Positions 31,053 through 40,584 of a stretch of DNA of 64,000 nucleotides are shown piece by piece. The stretch comes from an uncultured Poribacteria bacterium (GTDB taxonomy: Bacteria; Poribacteria; WGA-4E; WGA-3G). The notes under the pieces are model-generated. The model was not told the DNA's origin and did no database searches. It worked only from the letters and a program-made list of their open reading frames with translations. The position numbers were made by a program, and so were the translations under genes. Each line of letters starts with the position of its first letter. Within the stretch, counting starts at the first letter, position 1. The stretch covers positions 2,208,001 through 2,272,000 of the forward strand of contig OX638351.1 of NCBI GenBank assembly GCA_951813565.1, written 5' to 3'.

Positions 31053-31670
31053 TCAGTTTATATCAGTTACAGATTTGAACACAGAATCAACTGCGCCAAA
31101 AAGCGTGGATAAATTAGCCAATGCAAAGTCTGTTCTGTTTTGCGTAAAGGTATCACCGATAAGTCGTCCAAACTGCCATAATGTTCCATCGGTGACAATA
31201 CCATAAACGGGTAGGGCTGCGCCATCGTTCATTTTTTTGGCATTTATTTTTTGTGCGGCGACTAACTCCGCCAGACATTGCCCCCACCCCTGATCAAAAT
31301 CGTTTTTCTTCGCCTCAACCAGCAGTATCAACGGATTTCCAACAACGGTTTTGCCTAATTCAGATTTAGTAGAGATAAAATAGTCGGGTGTTCCGTTCAA
31401 GATGTCATCGTAAGTGATGGTTTGCTTTATCCAGAGTGCGTATCGATCAGCATAAGCTTTATAACTCTCCTTCAAAACAGGAAAGATAATCGTCTCACAC
31501 CGTGATGCTTCAGACGCAAAAACGTTGATATGTTCTCGTGTAAATTCAAAATCTCGCAAGAACTCTACCGAAGGGGTTGCCGGTTCAGCATTGACGAAGT
31601 CATCTTCCGCATAAGTAACTCTGAACCTTTCTTGCACTTCAGAGATTGTTTTAAAATCGCTAAATGCCAT
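31053..31670 (-). CDS. PD-(D/E)XK nuclease-like protein (HsdR N-terminal-like)
   Basis: 'GTPDY', 'VEAKKNDFDQGWGQCLAELVAAQ', 'YGIVTDGTLWQFG'. Confidence 0.75.
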   Translation of the reverse strand: MAFSDFKTISEVQERFRVTYAEDDFVNAEPATPSVEFLRDFEFTREHINVFASEASRCETIIFPVLKESYKAYADRYALWIKQTITYDDILNGTPDYFISTKSELGKTVVGNPLILLVEAKKNDFDQGWGQCLAELVAAQKINAKKMNDGAALPVYGIVTDGTLWQFGRLIGDTFTQNRTDFALANLSTLFGAVDSVFKSVTDIN

Positions 31671-31886
31671 GGTATTACTTCTCTATTCAAGCTGGAATCC
31701 CTGCAAACCGCGTCTATAACTCAAGGGAATGTCCTTAAAATTATTAAGTAAGTATAGTGTACTACAGCAAAATTATCAAAGAAATTATGAAAATGCTGGT
31801 TATTTAGTTTTGCCTACTACTTTTAAGTCGTGAGCTGGAGCTCGCTCCTAATGAACTTTGACAATCAAAAGAGGTAATTTCATTTA

Positions 31887-32227
31887 ACGTGAGTTCGATA
31901 AAAGAAATAAAATTTAGATGTTATGTTTCGCTTACGTCTATCTAATCCAGAAACCAAAACAAATACTTTGCTCCGTAGGAGCAATATGTTTATAGCAACC
32001 ATCAAACACCGCACCCCCGCTCCGTGAATCAACGCCAAATGCGCGCAAGGCATTTAGCGGGTGCGGTATGTGATAAATCCCTCATAGCACTCCGCTGGAG
32101 TGCGAGAACTTCGGGACATGTTTCTATAAACATAGCACTCCGCTGGAGTGCAAGAACACATTTGTTATTGAATGTAATAGACGTGAAATATCGTTCCGTT
32201 TCCTTTATAGCGGAGTCTACAATTAAC
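31887..32227. mobile_element. MITE remnant with IS982-type left end, cut by the adjacent IS
   Basis: Begins acgtgagttcgataa. Contains REP-like units (catagcactccgctggagtgc x2) and a micro-element. Confidence 0.55.
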
Positions 32228-33364
32228 TGAGGGGTGTGCATAAATACTTTTAACAAAATAGTAATTTTTATCCTGTTTTTTTATTGAAATAAAGTTTTCA
32301 TCCTTGACACCTCTCTGCCCGGTCTGTTCCATATTGAGTTGATCAACATTGCTATTTGTAGCAAGACGGCTGACAACATCAAAAAGGTTCTCACATTTTC
32401 AAGACCACACATCGGCAGTTGTTTCTGATTATTATCCGTTGCTGTCAGTTCGCTCAACAGACTAAAAACCGGTTCAATCGCTGTTTTGCGTTGTTCTTGA
32501 TAGGATTGTAGGTGTGGTGATGTTTCAATCGCTTGTAGATAGGCTAACTTCTTAGCATCTTTAGCACCCGTAATCGGTGTCAAAAGGAAGAGCCCATTTT
32601 TTGCCAGTGTCTGGATACGCCCAAAGTCGGTATAGCCAGCATCTGCTACGATATACCTAATATTCCGATCAAGCAGCGCATCAATCTTTTGGTCCAGTCC
32701 CGTTTTTTCACTCACAGAAGCAGTATAAACATCGGCGAGCCGTGGAAATCCGTTGGCAGTGGTTGTGAGATGAAGTCCATACCCATAAACCCATCCGCGA
32801 TACTTGCTTGTTGACCAACTCGCATCTGTATCCAGGTTGCGCAATCCTTCGGGGATGGGTTTGCCTTTCGGTCTTTTTGATGCCAAACGCTGCCTTGTGC
32901 TTTATAGAGACTTTTGTCTTCAAACACAACTTCTCGGGGGGTCTGAGTGTCCAAAGATACACCCAAATCACCGAGATACTCAACAAACTGCTCAATACGC
33001 AGTGTTAGTTGTTTATAGCGACGGGATAAGGTCGTTCGATCAGGGACACTTTTGAACTTGAACCGCTTCAACCAGTCTGCATGTGTGAGAAGAAATAGAT
33101 GCTGTGCTTTGAACCGATTTATACCTCTAAGTTCCATAAAGGCGAAGAAGACAACAAGTGAACTATCAGAATGTATTTTAGGTCTCCCTTTACCTTTAGT
33201 TTGATTGTATTTGATAGACACCTCAAAATCTTTGTAGCGTTGAAAGAAAAACATGATATAATACTTTTGGTCAGGATAACACATGGTTAATACCCCTTTC
33301 TTTTATACTTTAAGATAAGAGTATAACCTATATCCTGACTAAATTCAATTATGCACACCCCTCA
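32228..33364 (-). mobile_element. Insertion sequence with DDE_Tnp_1-type transposase (family uncertain)
   Basis: Perfect 16-bp inverted repeats tgaggggtgtgcataa / ttatgcacacccctca. No target duplication seen. Confidence 0.8.
32281..33284 (-). pseudogene. Frameshifted DDE transposase
   Basis: 'PDRTTLSRR', 'DTDASW...GWVYGYGLHL', 'VADAGY', 'RKTAIEPVFS'. Frame break near 32858. Confidence 0.8.
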
Positions 33365-33525
33365 ATAATAAGTGGGATCAGATCTCTTCAAGTATCCCTG
33401 ATAAAGTGCTATCTGTAGCGGTGAGTAGTGGCAAACTTTATATTGCTACAAAACAGCGTGGGATTTTCCATATTTTGCTTGAGGAAAAACCTCTAAAAAT
33501 TGATGAATTCATTAGCTTCCGTTAA
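33364..33525 (+). pseudogene. Orphan 3' end of a beta-propeller protein gene
   Basis: Translates NKWDQISSSIPDKVLSVAVSSGKLYIATKQRGIFHI..., similar to the C-terminus of 46277-49507. Confidence 0.6.
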
Positions 33526-33854
33526 AACTGTAAATGTTGGGTTTCACCTGCAGTTCAACCCAACCTACAATATAAACTTTCAGTAACACTCATCAACTAA
33601 GAATTCTTAAAACTAATAGGACTTACGCAATTTTCACAGTTTTTCCAATAATTATGACTCAAATGATGTAATTTTCAGCAGAATTCAGTGTTCTCAGCGC
33701 GTTTACAAAACGCCAAATCAAGAAATCAACGGTATGAACGCCTATAGGCGTTCCCCGGGTATGAATGCCTTTTGGCATTCCCCGCCTACCGTTTGTGCGT
33801 AAGTCCTGCAAAAAATGGATCCTTGTGTTAGTCTAATCGGTAATCTGCTCGTTT

Positions 33855-34556
33855 TCACTCATTTTTTATTCTTTCACGCGCGATTTGGACATAGTTAACG
33901 TCAAGATCACAACCAGCAAATTTTCGGGAGTTTCTAACAGCGGCAACGCCTGTAGTGCCTGAACCTAGAAACGGGTCTACCACCAGATCTCCTGTGTTAC
34001 TATGTTTTCGTACCAAATCTTCAAACAGTGATAAAGGTTTTTGTGTTGGGTGCACCCTGTTTCCGTTATGCCGCGGGATTGGATATTCATAAACACCAGA
34101 ATCATATTCGCTATTGAAGGTCGGTTTGCCGACTTTCACTCCTGTAACTGCTACTTCTCTACTATTGGACAGATAGGTTGCCCTCATATTAAGCGGTACA
34201 GGGTTTGTTTTTTGCCAGATAATCAGCCGGATCATCTTAAAGCCAGCAAATTCCATCGCTTCTTTTAACTTATCTATTTTCCAAATATCATACCAAACAA
34301 TAGCAGTTCCCCCACGTCGTAACGCTTCATAAAATGTTTGTGCCATTTTTTCAAGGTTCACTTCTGTTTGATCCCATTGTCCAAAGTCCATACTCACAGC
34401 AAACCTTTTTTCTCCTTTTACCACCGACTTAAACCCTGTCTTTTTACTTATACAATATGGGGGATCGGTTAAGATAAGGTCAACTGATTTCGTTGGTAAA
34501 GAGGTCATAAAATCTTGATAATCAGCAGTTTCAACCCGATAATCGTGAGGCATCAT
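33855..34556 (-). CDS. Orphan N4/N6 DNA methyltransferase (beta class)
   Basis: 'LILTDPPY', 'HPTQKP', 'VDPFLGSGTT'. Confidence 0.9.
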   Translation of the reverse strand: MMPHDYRVETADYQDFMTSLPTKSVDLILTDPPYCISKKTGFKSVVKGEKRFAVSMDFGQWDQTEVNLEKMAQTFYEALRRGGTAIVWYDIWKIDKLKEAMEFAGFKMIRLIIWQKTNPVPLNMRATYLSNSREVAVTGVKVGKPTFNSEYDSGVYEYPIPRHNGNRVHPTQKPLSLFEDLVRKHSNTGDLVVDPFLGSGTTGVAAVRNSRKFAGCDLDVNYVQIARERIKNE

Positions 34557-34871
34557 GGAATATTCCCTTAAGAAGATTATAACAGCGTTAATTCTCTTAG
34601 TACTTATATTTTAGTATAATCAGACACATTGAGTCCAGTATATTCTCATAATCCTAATAAACACAGAGCAGTTCAGTTTTGAAATTTCTCATCATTTAGA
34701 AATGGTCGCGAGCTGGAGCTCGCTCCTACAGAAAGAGGCTTTAAGGAGAAGGAAGAAATTACTGGAGAATTGAATGGCTCTGTAATTAGCAAAGTTTTGG
34801 TTGAAAACTGCATATTAATCTGATAAACTGTATATACTATAGTCAAATTCCACAATTGCTAAAGGGGCGAT

Positions 34872-36170
34872 ATGCAAGAACTTTATGATACACAAGCACC
34901 AAATCCACCTTCTCGTGCAATTCTTGTCGGTGTAAAACTGCGAGATAGTTCGATGCACGAAACGGAAGAATCGCTGCAAGAACTCCGACAATTGACTGAA
35001 ACTGCAGGAATTGAAGTCGTATGTGAAACAGTTCAGCAGCGCAATGTGCCAAATCCGACCTATTTTATTGGAGAAGGTAAGGTTGAAGAACTTAAGGATG
35101 TCGTTGCGGAACTCGAAGCGGATGCACTTATCTTTGACGAGGAGTTATCACCTGCGCAAACGCGAAATATTGAAAACGTGCTTGACATTGCAACTGTTGA
35201 TAGAACAGGGCTTATCCTGCAGGTGTTTGCGCAACGCGCATTAACCAGTGAAGCGCGTTTACAAGTTGCCTTAGCACAATTGGAATATGCGCTCCCGCGA
35301 CTCACACGGATGTGGACACACCTTTCACGGATTGCAACCAGTGGAGGTAGCGGTAGTGGAGCGCTACGGGGCCCCGGTGAAACGCAGCTTGAAATGGACC
35401 GTCGGTGGGTTCGCAGGCAAATTTCTCAAGTCAAAAAAGCATTAGAAACGGTTGAAAAGCGTCGACAGGTACAACGACAAAACCGTTCAGAAAAAATCAA
35501 AGTATCCCTCGTAGGATATACCAACGCAGGGAAATCAACACTTTTCAATACATTAACAGGCGAAAACGTTTTAGCTGAAGACAAACTTTTTGCTACCTTA
35601 GATTCAACCACGCGGCGGGTGAGTTTGCCAGAAAATCAGAACATTCTATTGAGCGATACCGTCGGTTTTATCAAGAAACTACCGCATCAACTTGTTGCTG
35701 CATTTAAAGCAACGTTGGAAGAGGTTGCAGAGGCTGATCTGTTGCTGCATGTCGTTGATATTAGCCATCCAGAAGCAGAAGCACAAATTGCTGCGGTAGA
35801 TACGGTGCTTCAGGAATTGGATGCATCTGATATTCCGATGGTCATGGCGTTTAATAAAATAGACCAACTTGAAAAAGAAGACCAGATGCCTATTCTTAAG
35901 GCCCGTTATCCAGAGGCAATACCTATCTCGGCACAACGTGGCGATGGTATTGAAGTGTTGATGGAGACGTTAGCACAACGTTTTGCTTCACACGGTGTCA
36001 CGCTCAATCTGAGTATTCCTTATACGGAAGGAAAAGCATTGGATATGCTATATAAGCACGGTACGGTGTTAGGCACAGAATATGCTGAAGATGCTGTTCA
36101 TGTCAAGGCACGGCTACCAAGTCGCTATCTCAAATCAGTATTACAATTTTCGGTTAAGGATACCTTATAG
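34872..36170 (+). CDS. hflX: GTPase HflX
   Basis: 'RGPGETQLEMDRR', 'GYTNAGKST', 'DKLFATLD', 'DTVGFI', 'NKID'. Confidence 0.97.
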   Translation: MQELYDTQAPNPPSRAILVGVKLRDSSMHETEESLQELRQLTETAGIEVVCETVQQRNVPNPTYFIGEGKVEELKDVVAELEADALIFDEELSPAQTRNIENVLDIATVDRTGLILQVFAQRALTSEARLQVALAQLEYALPRLTRMWTHLSRIATSGGSGSGALRGPGETQLEMDRRWVRRQISQVKKALETVEKRRQVQRQNRSEKIKVSLVGYTNAGKSTLFNTLTGENVLAEDKLFATLDSTTRRVSLPENQNILLSDTVGFIKKLPHQLVAAFKATLEEVAEADLLLHVVDISHPEAEAQIAAVDTVLQELDASDIPMVMAFNKIDQLEKEDQMPILKARYPEAIPISAQRGDGIEVLMETLAQRFASHGVTLNLSIPYTEGKALDMLYKHGTVLGTEYAEDAVHVKARLPSRYLKSVLQFSVKDTL

Positions 36171-36311
36171 GTAGGATAGTAACATGTCGGGGCACAGAGA
36201 CCCCGACCTACAATGGTTGTGGTATTGTAGGGTACGGAAACCCGCCAAATGCCATACGCGCATAAGGCGTTGATTCCAACCTAAAATGGATACGGGTTTT
36301 GCGTGGTAATC

Positions 36312-36566
36312 ATGGGATGGTTAGACAGTATTGAGATTGGACGCGACTTGCAAATCTGTCCAGATTGTAATCGTGAATATGAAGTACTTGAACAGTTTTT
36401 AGGAGAAACCCAAGATAGACTTACAGACTGGATTGATGCTGTTTTTAATGATGTATATTATATTGAACTTCGGTGTCCACAATGTCTTGAAACGCGTTAC
36501 CTGTGCATACAGGCGTTGACATCTACACAGTTCTATACCGAAAAGGAGAAAGAAAATAAAAAATGA
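36312..36566 (+). CDS. Small putative zinc-ribbon protein
   Basis: CPDC...CPQC pair; 3' end overlaps the start of the next gene. Confidence 0.55.
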   Translation: MGWLDSIEIGRDLQICPDCNREYEVLEQFLGETQDRLTDWIDAVFNDVYYIELRCPQCLETRYLCIQALTSTQFYTEKEKENKK

Positions 36567-37354
36567 AGATAGGCGTTACCCAAATAATTCTCGGTAATAT
36601 GTCACTTGATGATACACTCTCGCTCTGCCAAGATGCTGGCTACGATGCGGTTGAACTGACCTTTGGTGAAGGCAAGGACACAGACATTAATATGAGTGAC
36701 ACTGAACTCAAAGGGATTGCTGCAAAGTGTGAAGCCGCTGGTATTGAGATCGCCAGTATAACCGCAGGATACGCGAATCGTGGTAACCTGCTCAGCCCTA
36801 ATGCAGAACAACGTAAGAACGGTGCGAAATCGCTGGCACGTGGTTTAGAAGTTGCAGGAGCGCTTGGGGTTGGTGGAATTTTATTACATCCCGGTCAACT
36901 CTCTGTTGAAGGCACTTACCAACAGGTATGGGATAACCTCGTCGGAATTCTAAAGGACCTATCGCCTTCAGCGGAAGCGCACAACGTAGCCATCGGTTTG
37001 GAAAACGTGTGGAATAAATTCCTGCTCAGTCCGAAGGAGATGCGCGAGATTGTGGACGAAGTTGGCAGTGATTGGGTCGGAACTTATCTTGATACAGCAA
37101 ACATGATGGCGTATGGTTACCCTGAACATTGGATCCGTGAACTTGGGCATCGGATCAAGCGCGTACACTTCAAAGATTTCTCACGTGGTCAACATCGTTT
37201 TACGAACCTGTTAGATGGCGATACAGATTGGGCAGCGGTTATGGAAGCGTTCCGCGCTGTCGGTTATGATGGTTACGTAGTTCATGAAGTCGGTGGAGAT
37301 AGGGAAGCACAAATTGATCTTGCACAACGGATGCGTAAAATTGTTGCGATGTAG
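36563..37354 (+). CDS. Sugar phosphate isomerase/epimerase (hexulose-phosphate epimerase-like)
   Basis: 'GLENVWNKFLLSP', 'YLDTAN', 'RVHFKDF'. Confidence 0.88.
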   Translation: MKIGVTQIILGNMSLDDTLSLCQDAGYDAVELTFGEGKDTDINMSDTELKGIAAKCEAAGIEIASITAGYANRGNLLSPNAEQRKNGAKSLARGLEVAGALGVGGILLHPGQLSVEGTYQQVWDNLVGILKDLSPSAEAHNVAIGLENVWNKFLLSPKEMREIVDEVGSDWVGTYLDTANMMAYGYPEHWIRELGHRIKRVHFKDFSRGQHRFTNLLDGDTDWAAVMEAFRAVGYDGYVVHEVGGDREAQIDLAQRMRKIVAM

Positions 37355-37701
37355 ATGTTATAGTGAAACCCATTATTATTTCACGTTTTGTTCTTATGTG
37401 GATTTCAAACACACCAAAAATGTCCGAGGCGCAGTGAATTGCGCGACTACAAACGCCGCTAACCTTAAGAAAATGTCCAGGTATTTTTAGATTTTACTAT
37501 AAAAACCCAAGTTGCTACCTACAAGATAATTGACATAAAAAACACCTTTTTAATCGGGATAGTTCACTATTAGCATAGATTTTGTAGCACGGGGAATGCC
37601 ATTAAGGCATTCATACCGTTGATAGCACTTTCAGTTTGCGGAACTAATTGCACAAACTAAAAGTTTGTGCTACTATGTGGCAACTAAGGTTATAAAAACA
37701 G

Positions 37702-37728
37702 AGGCGATGGCTTGTTCAACCATCGCCT
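37702..37728 (-). terminator. Hairpin downstream of tRNA-Leu
   Basis: aggcgatgg...ccatcgcct stem followed by a T-rich tract on the minus strand. Confidence 0.65.
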
Positions 37729-37730
37729 TA

Positions 37731-37815
37731 TGCCGGAGGTCGGACTCGAACCGACATGGACCTAGGGCCCGCTGGATTTTGAGTCCAGTGCGTCTACCAA
37801 TTTCACCACTCCGGC
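37731..37815 (-). tRNA. tRNA-Leu (CAA); CCA not encoded
   Basis: GCCGGAG acceptor stem, anticodon arm CTGGA-CTCAAAA-TCCAG, long variable arm, T-loop GGTTCGAGTCC. Confidence 0.96.
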
Positions 37816-37998
37816 AAAAGAAAAAACAACCGGGGTTAGGAACCCCTCCTACAAAAGAAAAACAATCGGGGTTGAAAACCCCTCCTACAAAAGAAAAAAC
37901 AATCGGGGTTAGAAACCCCTCCTACAAAAGAAAAACAATCGGGGTTGAAAACCCCTCCTACAAAAGAAAAAACAATCGGGGTTAGGAACCCCTCCTAC
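37816..37998 (-). repeat. Five tandem 36/37-bp GTAG-type REP units
   Basis: Unit A-tract-caatcGGGGTT-nnn-AACCCCtcctac; lengths 37/36/37/36/37. Confidence 0.95.
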
Positions 37999-38027
37999 AA
38001 GAGTTTATTAAAATACATTCTTTTCTT

Positions 38028-38056
38028 AATATAACACATTTTGGGAGAAAAGTCAA
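38028..38056 (-). promoter_or_regulatory. sigma70-type promoter for tRNA-Leu (TTGACT-N17-TATATT)
   Basis: Near-consensus hexamers and 17-bp spacer, oriented toward the REP array and tRNA. Confidence 0.6.
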
Positions 38057-38062
38057 AAAATT

Positions 38063-38914
38063 ATGGCGAACCAACGAAGAGGTCTTGCATCTGAAAGTAT
38101 CTTACAACGGGTTTTTACTGCCGTGAAAGCGTTTTTGTCACTATTGATTGAAAAGGAGACATGGCAAGCTTTGACGCGTTGGATATTGTGGCGCGTTTTG
38201 CCGAAACGTCGTCGTATTCTTAAATTAGTGCAAGAGCTGAAACCGTTAGCTGAAAGTGCTGCCCCCGAGATGCATGCCTTGCGTGATGAAGTGTTTTCAA
38301 AAAGTTGTCTTGAACTGCGCCAACCACAAGACGAACAAATTCTATTGGAAATCCTCAACCATGTAGAACAACCGCTCGGATTAGAGCAAATATTTTTCGC
38401 TGCGCTGTACCCAGTTTTAGTCAAGCGGGATTTGGAGGCGATCCCGATTCCAACTGAGACACCTCATCGACTTGAGGTAGAGATCGGTTATCTTGCACAC
38501 AACGAGGATTACTTTTTCTGGGTATTCGAAATTGACAGTAACAGGCGCATGTCCCTTAAAACGGGGCTTGATGTTCGGGAAGCACGACGTGATGACAAAC
38601 GTTATGTAATCTATACACTCGGTTGTACGGGCCTCGTTGAAACAGACTTCGCGGCGTATGCGGAACAGTGGCTTCTTAATACCCAGCGTTTAACAATTGC
38701 GCTGCCACTTTTGGCTACAGCGTATGCGGAACAGTGGATCCTTAACACACGGATATACTTTGCGCACATTTTAAGAGATTTGAAAAAACGGAATTATAAA
38801 GTTACAGCAGAGGCAATACCTGATTTTGAACGGGCGCGGTTGTCAATACTACGCCATCTCTCCCTTCTCCGGCTAAGTAGACGTCAATTTCAGTCCGAAC
38901 GCCGAAATCGGTGA
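38063..38914 (+). CDS. Hypothetical protein with internal duplication; overlaps the convergent gene by 113 bp
   Basis: 283-aa ORF; 'AYAEQWLLNT' / 'AYAEQWILNT' repeat. Confidence 0.55.
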   Translation: MANQRRGLASESILQRVFTAVKAFLSLLIEKETWQALTRWILWRVLPKRRRILKLVQELKPLAESAAPEMHALRDEVFSKSCLELRQPQDEQILLEILNHVEQPLGLEQIFFAALYPVLVKRDLEAIPIPTETPHRLEVEIGYLAHNEDYFFWVFEIDSNRRMSLKTGLDVREARRDDKRYVIYTLGCTGLVETDFAAYAEQWLLNTQRLTIALPLLATAYAEQWILNTRIYFAHILRDLKKRNYKVTAEAIPDFERARLSILRHLSLLRLSRRQFQSERRNR

Positions 38915-39983
38915 GATATATACCGGGTTCTATTGAGAAACAGATACCGGGAATAAGTAATCGCGCATCTTGTGTTTCCAGATTATCTAAATTCACACCG
39001 TTTCCATGAATAACTGTGCCGATGTTGTGTCCGGTACGGTGGATAAAGTATTCTCCATACCCTTTTTCAGTAATATACCCACGGACGCAATCATCAACTG
39101 CGTATCCCGGAATCGGTTCGTTTGATACCCATTTTTCACGGATGAACGCCACTGCCCTATCCCGCGCTTCCTTCACGATTTCAAATATTTCAACATACTT
39201 GTCAGGGACGGTTGTTCCTGCATAAGCAACCCACGTTGTATCAGCAAAGACAGCATCAGGGTCTTTCTGCTTTGCCCATAAATCAATCAAGATAAAGTCT
39301 CCGGCTTTAATTTGTTCCGTGTGGGTCTCAGTAGGAGCATAATGTGGATCGCCACTGTTAGCGTTAACAGCAACAATAGGTGGATGATCCGTTACCAACT
39401 CCATTTCATCAAACTGGTTGAGAATCTGTTGCTGAACATCATATTCGGTGATCGTATTGCCTGCCTTAAGTTGGGCGCCAATCCAAGCGAAGGCGTAGTC
39501 TTTTGCTTGGAGGACTAAATTGGCAGATTTTTGATGCCCTTCGTACTGTGCTTCGCTCAGACGTGCTTCAATATGTTGCGCGAGTTCCGCTGAAGAATGC
39601 ACCTCAATTCCAAAAGAGTGAATCCACTCTAACGTGCCAGCGTCTACACGGGAAATGTAGGGAATTGATGCGTTGGGTGAATACTCCATTGCAACCAATT
39701 TGACATCATTGAGAAAAGATTTCATCTCTTCATTGAGTTCTTGCCATCCTGCGTAAAGCGATACGGTTCCCGGAACTTCGGTAAAGTTTGATGTTTCAAT
39801 TCGATGAATTAGCCATTTTGGTTCACCCTGTACTGGAATAAGGCAGAACCAACGCCGGGTAATGTTTACTCCGGCCAAACCTGCTACGTTTTGTGAAATT
39901 GGATTGATACCGCGAAAATCGTATAGCAACCAAGCATCAAGGTTTAATGTAGATAAGGCAGTTTGAATTTCAGATATTTTCAT
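38802..39983 (-). CDS. Xaa-Pro peptidase (M24 family)
   Basis: 'DPHY', 'LIDLWAK', 'ADTTW', 'HRTGHNIG', 'FSIEPGIY', 'GVRTEID'. Confidence 0.9.
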   Translation of the reverse strand: MKISEIQTALSTLNLDAWLLYDFRGINPISQNVAGLAGVNITRRWFCLIPVQGEPKWLIHRIETSNFTEVPGTVSLYAGWQELNEEMKSFLNDVKLVAMEYSPNASIPYISRVDAGTLEWIHSFGIEVHSSAELAQHIEARLSEAQYEGHQKSANLVLQAKDYAFAWIGAQLKAGNTITEYDVQQQILNQFDEMELVTDHPPIVAVNANSGDPHYAPTETHTEQIKAGDFILIDLWAKQKDPDAVFADTTWVAYAGTTVPDKYVEIFEIVKEARDRAVAFIREKWVSNEPIPGYAVDDCVRGYITEKGYGEYFIHRTGHNIGTVIHGNGVNLDNLETQDARLLIPGICFSIEPGIYLTDFGVRTEIDVYLAGEGRDGVVLTTAPVQNQVLPLL

Positions 39984-39998
39984 ATTTTTTGTGAGATA

Positions 39999-40240
39999 AC
40001 GTGAGTTTGATAAATCCCGTAGGGAATCAACACCGAATGCGCCTACGGCATTCGGTGGGGTAGAACGAAAATGGGCAATAAAAAACAGCCTCTAAAGAGA
40101 GGTTGTTGACCCATTTGAGGTCTACATTTCTGAAAAAATAAGTGAAACCCAACTCTTTAGGACTGTCAAGATGGTTGAATTGTTGGGTTTCGCTCTACCC
40201 AACGGACATCTACATTTGGGTCTAATTATCAAACTCACGT
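39999..40240. mobile_element. 242-bp MITE with terminal repeats identical to the IS982 element
   Basis: Ends acgtgagtttgataa / ttatcaaactcacgt; flanks tgagata / taagata. Confidence 0.85.
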
Positions 40241-40584
40241 TAAGATATACGAATAAGTATACGTCCACCTGTAGACGTGCTTTGTAAGCGCGCAGGACAA
40301 AGGTGTATCGTTGATTTGAATTTATCGGGCGGACAAAGCCCTCCTACAAGAAAAGTGACATCGTTAATGCCAAAATATTTACACACTCGGTCTATCTCAT
40401 TAATTCTTAAACATGGTCACCTTCACAAAGTCTAATCTTAATCGTAGGGTGGGGCTCTGGACCCATCCATTGTTCCGTTCTCAGACAAGGCACGGACCTT
40501 ACATACATGTGATTTATGAGATACACTCTACTAATGGAGTTAAATCGGGATTAAAAGTATTCCCTCAAGAATACTTTAGCACAG

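Noticed and set aside
37816..37998. Possible CRISPR array (36-37 bp periodic repeat)
   Set aside because: Units are contiguous with no unique spacers, end in the REP GTAG motif, and no cas genes are present.
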